A DNA stretch of 64,000 nt, taken from positions 196,876 through 260,875 of the forward strand of contig JAJDCB010000030.1 in NCBI GenBank assembly GCA_029261065.1, in the 5' to 3' direction. Source of the stretch: Candidatus Omnitrophota bacterium. Its GTDB lineage: Bacteria > Omnitrophota > Gorgyraeia > Zapsychrales > Zapsychraceae. The first letter of the stretch is position 1. Each line of letters opens with the position of its first letter. A program made the position numbers and the translations under genes. Positions 19,847 to 27,532 of this stretch are shown here, one piece after another. Under the pieces are notes generated by a model. It was given only the letters and a program-made list of their open reading frames with translations, searched no databases and was not told the origin of the DNA.

Positions 19847-22039
19847 ATGTCAAATCCTAAACTAACCCTTATTAAATCGATTACCTTCTTATCGGCCTTT
19901 TTGATGTTTCAAATTGAGCTTATTATAGGAAAGATTTTTTTGCCAAATTTTGGCGGAAGTTTTGTCGTTTGGGGAGCCTGTGTCGTTTTTTTTCAAGCGG
20001 CATTGTTGTTAGGGTATATGTATTCCCATTGTGTCGTTCAAAAAATAGGTATATATAAATATCGTTATATTCATCTCATTTTATTAGGGCTGCCATTTTT
20101 GTTCTTTCCAGGAAAGCCGTTGGCGATGCGTTATGAGATTAGTACGCTTCCTATGGTTCTTGAAATATTTTTAAAGCTTATTTTTACCATTGGTCCAGCT
20201 TTTTTTGTGCTCTCAACGATGAGCATTATTTGGCAGGCATGGTTGTCACAATCCACTATTGAAGAGCGATCAAATCCGTATACTCTCTTTGCCGTTTCCA
20301 ATTTTGGCTCTTTTGCAGCTCTTCTTACATATCCTTTTTTTATAGAATCTTATTTAGATCTTTTTCAACAGCAACATATCTGGCGGTGGATGTATGTAGG
20401 AATGTTTTTTCTTCAGGCGCTGGCTTTATTTGTAGTGAATGTCGATAAAAAACTGGATAGCAAGCGTGAGAAGGTTAAGAAAGTCTCTCTCTCTAAAGGA
20501 ATGCCAATCTTAATTTATGGAGCTGCGGGTGTCATGATTTTTTTATCTGTCACAAGCATTATCACAGCCGAGATTGTACCCATGCCTTTGTTGTGGGTTC
20601 TACCGTTAACACTCTATTTGTTTTCTTTTGTTTTGATTTTTAAAAAGAAGTCCTGGGCTCCTGCGTGGATGGTTAAGCGTTTTGATGTGTTAGTAGGGTT
20701 TGCTGTTCTTTTTTATTTTTTTACACAGATGAAGGCCTTTCCTATTTTGTTTGAATTAGCTGTGCTTTTGATGATTACATTTTGGACATGTCTTTACTGT
20801 CAGTATCAGGTTTTTCGTCTTCGCCCTAAAGATTTAAGAAATTTAACATCCTTTTATTTGTATTTGGCTTTAGGTGGGTTCTTAGGAGGTGTTCTTGTGA
20901 CGTGGTTTGTTCCTTTGTTTTCGACGACATTTGTTGAATACTTCTTATCATTTTTTGTTATTTATTTGGCGGGTCTTAAGGATAAATCTTTACGATTAAA
21001 TAAATTTTATGTCGCTCGTCTTTGTCTTTATGTTCTTGCTATTCTTTTTGTCTGGCCTTTGGTGTTTAAGCAGTACAATTTTTGGGGAATGATTTTGATT
21101 ATTGCTGTGATGAGTTTTGCCTTTAAGGAATTAGCTCGGCATCGCTTTGGGATACTTAGCGTATTGTTGATTTTATCTTCTTCTTTAAATGTTCTGGAGC
21201 CGATTTGGAACAAGCAAGTCGACATTTATCGTGATCGTAATTACTATGGTATTAGCAAAATTTCAGAAGAAGAGGGGGTAAGGTATTTTCTTCATGGGGC
21301 AACAATTCACGGGGCGCAATTTTTAAACCCAAAAGGCCTCGATATTCCTTTAACTTATTTTTCATCCACGTCTCCGATTGGAGAAGTTATGCAATCCGAT
21401 AATTTTGATTTTAGAAAAATTGGTGTAATCGGTTTAGGTGTTGGGACGTTAGCTACATATTTAAATGATGGGGAACATCTAGATTTTTTTGAGTTGGATC
21501 CTGATGTTGAAAGTTTGGCGAAGAATTATTTTTCATATTTAAAGAACGCCAAAGGAAAGATTCAACATTTTACGGGTGATGCCCGAATTACTTTAGAAAA
21601 GATGCCGTTACAGAACTATCAATTGTTAGTAGCAGATGCCTTTAGCGGTGATGCCGTTCCTGTCCATTTGATAACAGAGGAGGCTATGCATCTTTATCAA
21701 AAACATTTAGCCCCGGAAGGGTTGGTGTTATTTAACATCACGAATCGCTATATTAATAATCAATACCCCATATTAAGCACGGCTCTTAGTACTGATGCTA
21801 AATTGTGTTATAAGGTTGCAAATTTTGATAGTGTTGTGTTTTTTTCATCCACTTGGGTTGCGGTCACATGGAATGATGAGGTTTATAAGACATTAACAGA
21901 AGAGATGGGGTGGTTAACAGTGGATAAAAATTTGGCAAAAAGGGTAAGAAAATGGAATGATCGATATACGAATATTCTACCTTATGTCAAATTTAAAGAA
22001 CTTGGCTATGCCCTTAAAAATTTTGATTTTTTAAGATGA
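19847..22039 (+). CDS. membrane-anchored spermidine synthase-like (PABS) protein
   Basis: ~12 TM segments then IGVIGLGVGTLATYL...FELDP...GDA...LLVADAFSGD (SAM-dependent aminopropyltransferase fold). Confidence 0.7.
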   Translation: MSNPKLTLIKSITFLSAFLMFQIELIIGKIFLPNFGGSFVVWGACVVFFQAALLLGYMYSHCVVQKIGIYKYRYIHLILLGLPFLFFPGKPLAMRYEISTLPMVLEIFLKLIFTIGPAFFVLSTMSIIWQAWLSQSTIEERSNPYTLFAVSNFGSFAALLTYPFFIESYLDLFQQQHIWRWMYVGMFFLQALALFVVNVDKKLDSKREKVKKVSLSKGMPILIYGAAGVMIFLSVTSIITAEIVPMPLLWVLPLTLYLFSFVLIFKKKSWAPAWMVKRFDVLVGFAVLFYFFTQMKAFPILFELAVLLMITFWTCLYCQYQVFRLRPKDLRNLTSFYLYLALGGFLGGVLVTWFVPLFSTTFVEYFLSFFVIYLAGLKDKSLRLNKFYVARLCLYVLAILFVWPLVFKQYNFWGMILIIAVMSFAFKELARHRFGILSVLLILSSSLNVLEPIWNKQVDIYRDRNYYGISKISEEEGVRYFLHGATIHGAQFLNPKGLDIPLTYFSSTSPIGEVMQSDNFDFRKIGVIGLGVGTLATYLNDGEHLDFFELDPDVESLAKNYFSYLKNAKGKIQHFTGDARITLEKMPLQNYQLLVADAFSGDAVPVHLITEEAMHLYQKHLAPEGLVLFNITNRYINNQYPILSTALSTDAKLCYKVANFDSVVFFSSTWVAVTWNDEVYKTLTEEMGWLTVDKNLAKRVRKWNDRYTNILPYVKFKELGYALKNFDFLR

Positions 22040-22061
22040 TCGTTGAGCGCGGCTTTATTTT

Positions 22062-22089
22062 TGCATATATCTTCAGAACCCGTTATAAT
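22062..22089 (+). promoter_or_regulatory. sigma70-like promoter for ssrA (TTGCAT-16 nt-TATAAT)
   Basis: TTGCAT at 22062-22067, TATAAT at 22084-22089, ~37 nt before the tmRNA 5' end. Confidence 0.55.
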
Positions 22090-22126
22090 TAATGACATAG
22101 ATTTGATCATTTAAATTAAAGGCTCC

Positions 22127-22542
22127 GGGGGTGACATGGTTTCGACTTGGGTTATCGGAGTTTGAGTGGCATGCGGAGGACGTCTGGTTGGCCTCCTAAA
22201 AAATCCAGGCACACAATAAACGCTAACGATGAAACGTTGACGTTTGCTAGCTTGACTAATTCAACAATGGACAGCGATGTTCCTGTTGAACCATCACTAG
22301 CAACAGCACCAGCCTTATCGGTCTAATTCACTGGTAAGCCCTCTTGTAGCAGGCCTGTGGGTTACAAGTGGAACAAGCAGGCTGGTCTTATAAATTTGCT
22401 TCATTTATAAGATAAGATTTAGAAGCTAGTTTCATTTACGTTTGTTTATTTAGAGAAGTGAAGCGAAATTAAAAATAAACTAAGCATGTAGAAGCTCTTA
22501 CAAAGGAACCAAAGGACCGGGGTTCGATTCCCCGCACCTCCA
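22127..22542 (+). ncRNA. ssrA: tmRNA (transfer-messenger RNA)
   Basis: 5' GGGGGTGACATGGTTTCGAC and 3' GGACCGGGGTTCGATTCCCCGCACCTCCA (T-arm + acceptor) match tmRNA ends; tag frame starts GCT AAC GAT GAA (ANDE...) at 22222, stop at 22324. Confidence 0.85.
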
Positions 22543-22683
22543 TTTAGTTGTAGTGCATCTCCACCCCATTGAGGTGCATAGGCTTATGATAGTATATTGT
22601 TTTAATTCTCGATTGGTGCCCATTTAGTGCCCAAAGTATCACATTTTTCTTGCATTCATTCTATTGACTATTATAATAAACCC

Positions 22684-22893
22684 ATGAGTAAGATTTTTAA
22701 TCCTTTAAAAGATGTAGGTCGATTGATTGAGCCATTTCCTGGCGAATGGGTCACATTATCTTCTGATAAAAAGCAAGTTGTTGGGCATTCAAAAAAAATG
22801 GAAACAGCATTAAATCAAGCTTACAAAAAAGGCGTTGAACATCCTTTCCTTATTAAATCTCCTGATGGTAACATCGCTGCAGTCATCTATTGA
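22684..22893 (+). CDS. small DUF5678-like protein (cassette 1, gene A)
   Basis: GEWVTLSSDKKQVVGHSKKMETALNQAYKKG...P.LIKSP fits the DUF5678 pattern (recalled from memory); 64% identical paralog at 23661. Confidence 0.6.
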   Translation: MSKIFNPLKDVGRLIEPFPGEWVTLSSDKKQVVGHSKKMETALNQAYKKGVEHPFLIKSPDGNIAAVIY

Positions 22894-23333
22894 GTTATAT
22901 CACTCTCCCATATACAGAATTAGTTATTCCGGCAAAAAACAATAGGCCAAGAAAGATTGTTCGTCGTCCATTATTAAATACAAAATTATTTTATGGTAAG
23001 GCAGAAACGATGTTTGATTTTTCATCTCTTGTAGACTCTGGTGCCGATTTTTGTATCTTTCCTGCAAAGTATGGATCGATACTCGGGTTGGATGTTAAAA
23101 AAGCTCAATCAATTATGACTTATGGCATTGGTGGCCAAGAGACGATATATTTTCATAAAGTTAAGATAGGTGTGTTTATTGGAAATGAGATTTGGAAATT
23201 TACAGTCAAAGCTGGATTTTCTTATAGAATGAATATAGAAGGAACAGGCTTGCTTGGTCGCAAAGGTTTTTTTGATCAATTTAAAGAAATTGTATTTAAT
23301 CAAAAGAAAAAGATGTTTCGTATAATGGAATAA
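22890..23333 (+). CDS. retropepsin-like aspartic protease (cassette 1, gene B)
   Basis: LVDSGADFCIFP (D-S-G-A catalytic motif), GIGG flap-like, GLLGRKGFF; TTG start overlapping gene A stop (TTGA). Confidence 0.65.
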   Translation: MSYITLPYTELVIPAKNNRPRKIVRRPLLNTKLFYGKAETMFDFSSLVDSGADFCIFPAKYGSILGLDVKKAQSIMTYGIGGQETIYFHKVKIGVFIGNEIWKFTVKAGFSYRMNIEGTGLLGRKGFFDQFKEIVFNQKKKMFRIME

Positions 23334-23460
23334 TTTAGTGCCCAAACGGTGCCCATCTTACACCAAAACAACGGTAACGAACCGTAACCAAATGTAAACA
23401 ACCGCATAGTTTAAATTAGTTGTATTCGACGACAATTTAGTTAATCGGTTGATATTTATG

Positions 23461-23500
23461 GGGTTACACCGACGGGGATTATCGATTCCCCGTACCTCCA
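23461..23500 (+). repeat. tmRNA 3'-end-like fragment (T-arm + acceptor half)
   Basis: GGGTTACACCGACGGGGATTATCGATTCCCCGTACCTCCA vs tmRNA GGACCGGGGTTCGATTCCCCGCACCTCCA; similarity continues ~45 nt downstream. Confidence 0.8.
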
Positions 23501-23660
23501 TTTAGTTGAAGTGCATATCCATCCTGTTGCGATGTATAGACTTATGATTTCATAAAGTATTAATTTTCAATTGGTGCCCATTTAGTGCCCAAAAGTTATA
23601 GTAATTTCAATATGATTTATAATTGCAAACATTATAGTTTTGTAATATGATAAATTAATT

Positions 23661-23870
23661 ATGAAAAAGAAATTTATTCCTGAAAAAGATATGGCAGACG
23701 TTATACTCCCCTTTGCAGGGCAATGGGTCACGTTGTCGTCGGATAAGACGAAGGTTTTGGGGCATTCTAAAAAGATGGAAACCGCTTTAAACCAAGCCTA
23801 CAAAAAGGGTGAGAGTACACCACATTTAATCAAATCTCCAGATTCCAGCACCTCAGTATTTATTTTTTGA
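23661..23870 (+). CDS. small DUF5678-like protein (cassette 2, gene A)
   Basis: paralog of 22684..22893 (GQWVTLSSDKTKVLGHSKKMETALNQAYKKG). Confidence 0.6.
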   Translation: MKKKFIPEKDMADVILPFAGQWVTLSSDKTKVLGHSKKMETALNQAYKKGESTPHLIKSPDSSTSVFIF

Positions 23871-24310
23871 AAACACATACTTTACAATACACAAAACTAT
23901 CAATCCCCTCTCAAGGAAAAGTTCCAAAAAAGGAATTATACTGTCCTCTTTTAGATACTTTTTTATTTAACAAGTCTATTCAAACTCATTTTTCATTCAA
24001 ATCCATTGTTGATTCTGGAGCCGATTTTTGTGTGTTTCCTGAAAAGTTTGGAAAGTTGATTGGATTAGATGTTAAAGCTGGTGATAAAGTTTTAACTTTT
24101 GGTGTTGGTGGTATTGAGACACTTTATTTTCATAAAATTCAGATAGGGGTACATATTAAAGGTGAACTTTGGAAATTAGATTGTAAAGCTGGCTTTTCTG
24201 CAAAGCTAAATCCAAAAGGAATTGGTCTGCTTGGACGGAAAGGATTTTTTGATCAATTTGCAGAGATTGCCTTTAATCAAAATAAAAAAATGTTCCGTAT
24301 TAAAGAATAA
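23867..24310 (+). CDS. retropepsin-like aspartic protease (cassette 2, gene B)
   Basis: IVDSGADFCVFP, GVGG, GLLGRKGFF; TTG start overlapping stop, same as cassette 1. Confidence 0.65.
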   Translation: MKTHTLQYTKLSIPSQGKVPKKELYCPLLDTFLFNKSIQTHFSFKSIVDSGADFCVFPEKFGKLIGLDVKAGDKVLTFGVGGIETLYFHKIQIGVHIKGELWKLDCKAGFSAKLNPKGIGLLGRKGFFDQFAEIAFNQNKKMFRIKE

Positions 24311-24438
24311 TGTAGTGCCCAAATGGTGCCCATCTTACACCAAAACAACGGAAAACAACCGTACTCAAATGTAAACAATCGCACAGTTTAAATTAGTTGT
24401 TTCCGACGATATTTTAGTTAATTTGTTGATATTAATGA

Positions 24439-24477
24439 GGTTACAGCGACGGGGCTTATCGATTCCCCGCACCTCCA
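24439..24477 (+). repeat. tmRNA 3'-end-like fragment (third copy)
   Basis: GGTTACAGCGACGGGGCTTATCGATTCCCCGCACCTCCA. Confidence 0.8.
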
Positions 24478-24675
24478 CTTTGATTCGCTCAAATGCTTTC
24501 GCGTTTGAGCTACGCAGAAGTAAATTCTTACTCAGATCTAAAAGTTTGAGCGAGGCGAGTGCTTCTACGAAGCTCCAACACGAAAGTATTGGAGCGTAGT
24601 AGAGCGCTGCAGTTCAAGATTATTAATTGAACGAAGCCTAAAAAATTCAAATGGTTAAAAAGTAAGGGTGAAAAA

Positions 24676-25245
24676 ATGATAAAGAAAAGTCTTCTGATTA
24701 TAATTTTACTCATGATGATATGTCCTCGCACATCAGCTGAAAGTGTGCGTGAGCGATTAAGAAAAGCTCGGATGCCTAAGGATAGTACCCATGAAAATGA
24801 GACACCTAAAAAAGTAAAACAAAAGACTACTTCTCAAGAAAGTTTATTTGGAAAACCTTTCAACCCAAGTAAGATCGAATTTAGCCCTTATTATGCAGGG
24901 CAATTATTTTTTACCGAAATTAACGAAAAAGATCTGTCATCAAGGACTGTTAGTATTATCACCCTTATTGGTGCCCATAAAGATACATTCGAGGAGGAGA
25001 AAATTGCTAGTGAGAATCAGGTTTTCCAAAAATCTAATTCTAATACGGGGAATAAGGGTGGTGGCCTGACTTTAGTTAATAAAGGAAGAATAGTACCTAT
25101 TGAGGGAGATTGGGACGTGAAGGTATCTTTAGGAAAAGTTGAAAATAATAAGATATCAGGGCATATATTGATTACCGTACCTGAGCATAATACGAAGTTA
25201 AACAGAAATTTTATCGCAAATATAAAGCCTCGTCGAAAAGAATAG
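24676..25245 (+). CDS. secreted hypothetical protein (cassette 3 cargo)
   Basis: signal peptide then AESVRERLRKAR; ends before the third copy of the right-boundary motif. Confidence 0.55.
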   Translation: MIKKSLLIIILLMMICPRTSAESVRERLRKARMPKDSTHENETPKKVKQKTTSQESLFGKPFNPSKIEFSPYYAGQLFFTEINEKDLSSRTVSIITLIGAHKDTFEEEKIASENQVFQKSNSNTGNKGGGLTLVNKGRIVPIEGDWDVKVSLGKVENNKISGHILITVPEHNTKLNRNFIANIKPRRKE

Positions 25246-25582
25246 AAAACTGTTTTAGTGCCCCAAGGGTGCCCATCTTGCATCAAAACAACGGCATTTT
25301 AGTGTAACCAAATGTAAGCAACTGCGAAACGCCTCTCCTACATAATTCTTCCCCCCATAAGGCAGTCCCAAATAATTTTGATAGACGATTATCTAACATA
25401 ATAATCGTCAAACCACAGGTCATACTAAAAAGTATGGGCCTTGGGAGCTAAAGTTGTATATAATGTTTCAAGATAAAGTCAAAGACTATCAATTTGAAAA
25501 ACATTTAAAGTCCTATGCAGAAACGGCTTTTTTAAGAAAAAGATTAGTTTCAGGAATAAAAGGGCGAAGGAGTGTTAAGGTC

Positions 25583-26107
25583 ATGAAAAAATTATTATTA
25601 TGTGTATTAATTTTTAGTCTCACGACACCCACATTTGCTGAATCTATCAAAGAAAGGTTGAGAAAGACGCGAGAAAAAGAAAAGATGGGACTGGAAAAAA
25701 ATACTACAAGTAATAACTCTAAATTGAGAAGTAAACAGAAAAAACAAGAAACGTATGATCCTTATAAGAAAGAGGATGATGCGGTTATTCAAGAATTGCA
25801 AAAATCAGTTGATAAATCTTTAACGGATATGAAAAGAAGTGAAAAAGGTATGGTTAACGGTTTTGGCGAAACGACAGGCAATATTATTAGTAACACGGAA
25901 GAAATTCTAAAAGGAAAAAGTCTGGAAGATATTAATAGAATCAATGCAAAAATGGAACGACAATTTGAAGAAATGAAGAAGAAAGATAAAAAAGAGCGAA
26001 ATGAAAGAACTGAAAAGATGCTAGAGGATATGCGCAAAGATTCTAAACAGTGGCAGGAGCAGAATAAAGGAAAAAAGATGTCAGTTGAGAAAATATATGG
26101 CAAATAA
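25583..26107 (+). CDS. secreted Lys/Glu-rich protein, N-terminal paralog of 24676
   Basis: MKKLLLCVLIFSLTTPTFAESIKERLRKTREKEK; RBS AAGGAG; start moved from 25454 to ATG 25583. Confidence 0.5.
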   Translation: MKKLLLCVLIFSLTTPTFAESIKERLRKTREKEKMGLEKNTTSNNSKLRSKQKKQETYDPYKKEDDAVIQELQKSVDKSLTDMKRSEKGMVNGFGETTGNIISNTEEILKGKSLEDINRINAKMERQFEEMKKKDKKERNERTEKMLEDMRKDSKQWQEQNKGKKMSVEKIYGK

Positions 26108-26230
26108 TAGTCTTTAGGGTCAATTAAGGGGGCTGAGAGCCCGTATTTGATTTGCTATTCATTAGTGGAGGGAGAGTTAGTTAAAGCGTTTGCTATTTTC
26201 TTAATTTTTTCTAAAAGGTATGGTTGAAGG

Positions 26231-26974
26231 ATGAAAGTTGCGAATATATCAATAATTAAAGGAATTATTAAAAGACGGTTTTTATTAAATTTTAGGTTGG
26301 ATCCTAAAGTTGTAGAAGACATTCTTCCCGCTCCTTTTGTTCCTAAAACTTATAATGGGTATGCTATTGCAGGTATTTGTTTGATACGCCTTGAGAATAT
26401 GCATCCAAAAATGATGCCTATTAATTGTGGATTTTCAAGCGAAAATGCTGCGCATCGTTTTGCTGTGCAGTGGCAAGATGAACATGGGAATCTTTTATCA
26501 GGCGTTTATATTCCAAGGAGGGATACTAATTCATTATTGAACCGATTGGCAGGAGGACGAATATTTTCAGGAATTCAAAATAAAGCGTACTTTGATGTTA
26601 AAGGAAATAATAATGCTTATCAGTTTGAAATGAAATCTCAAGATGAAAAAGTGTTTATCAATTTTAAAGGAAGTATATCAGCTGAGTTTCCCGCTACTTC
26701 TTGTTTTGAAAGTTTGGAACAATCATCCTCTTTTTTTGAAGGTGGTTCGTTAGGTTACTCTAAAACAGATTCACAAAATACATATGATGGAATAGTATTA
26801 GATGCCTTTGATTGGAAAGTTAAGAATTTTCATATAGATGAGTGTTATTCAAATTATTTTATGAACGAAGATCAATTCCCCAAAGGGTCTGTCGAATTTG
26901 ATCATGCTCTTATAATGGAAGACATTGATCATGAATGGCATCGAGCGCAAGAGTTGTGTTGCAAAAATGAATGA
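26231..26974 (+). CDS. hypothetical protein
   Basis: 247-aa ORF, no clear motif. Confidence 0.45.
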   Translation: MKVANISIIKGIIKRRFLLNFRLDPKVVEDILPAPFVPKTYNGYAIAGICLIRLENMHPKMMPINCGFSSENAAHRFAVQWQDEHGNLLSGVYIPRRDTNSLLNRLAGGRIFSGIQNKAYFDVKGNNNAYQFEMKSQDEKVFINFKGSISAEFPATSCFESLEQSSSFFEGGSLGYSKTDSQNTYDGIVLDAFDWKVKNFHIDECYSNYFMNEDQFPKGSVEFDHALIMEDIDHEWHRAQELCCKNE

Positions 26975-27515
26975 AAAATTCCTACAACATTTTCGCGAAT
27001 CAAAATCATCAAATTCGATTTGGAATATTCTAAAAACATTATTCCAAACAGTAATTTTTTGGACGTTATTTCTTCTGATCATTCCGTATGCTATCTACAA
27101 TATGGAAATAGCTTTAAAGGTTCCATCATTTCATTTTTCTTATCAACAGTTAGTTAGCTGCAGTATCTTTTTATTAGCTAGTATATTGGGTTTGAGTAGC
27201 GGTGTTGTTTTGGCGCATTTTGGAAAAGGCACACCATTGCCATTAAATGGTACGCAATTATTAGTTATAAATGGTCCGTATCGATATATACGAAATCCCA
27301 TGGCTGTTGCGGGATTATCTCAAGGTGTTGCTGTAGGTATTTGGTATGGTTCGTGGGGTGTTATCTTATATGTTTTTTTAGGAATGTTTATATGGGATAG
27401 ATTTGTTCGGCCAATAGAAGAAGCTTATCTATTTAATAAATTTGGTGATGTATACGAGACTTATCGAAAGCACATTAAGTGTTGGTGTCCTAGTCTTTCC
27501 GGTTATTCTAAATAA
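26967..27515 (+). CDS. isoprenylcysteine carboxyl methyltransferase (ICMT/PEMT) family membrane protein
   Basis: GPYRYIRNPMAVAG and EEAYLFNKFGDVYETYRKHIK motifs; 4-5 TM segments. Confidence 0.7.
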   Translation: MNEKFLQHFRESKSSNSIWNILKTLFQTVIFWTLFLLIIPYAIYNMEIALKVPSFHFSYQQLVSCSIFLLASILGLSSGVVLAHFGKGTPLPLNGTQLLVINGPYRYIRNPMAVAGLSQGVAVGIWYGSWGVILYVFLGMFIWDRFVRPIEEAYLFNKFGDVYETYRKHIKCWCPSLSGYSK

Positions 27516-27532
27516 AGAATAAGATTTTTTTA

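Larger units (their letters stand above)
22543..25330 (+). mobile_element. ssrA-adjacent array of three ~1-kb cassettes bounded by tmRNA-3'-end-like fragments and conserved boundary motifs; no integrase
   Basis: tmRNA-like fragments at 23461-23500 and 24439-24477; left motif TTGGTGCCCATTTAGTGCCCAAA x2; right motif TAGTGCCCAAAYGGTGCCCATCTTRCA x3. Confidence 0.5.

Noticed and set aside
23461-23500. tRNA gene call from T-arm/acceptor-like sequence
   Set aside because: Only the 3' half (T-arm + acceptor strand) is present, with no D- or anticodon arm. Best explained as a displaced tmRNA 3' fragment
24528-24731. 67-aa minus-strand ORF in the structured GC-rich segment
   Set aside because: No RBS. 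Overlaps predicted hairpins and the start of 24676 gene. More likely non-coding
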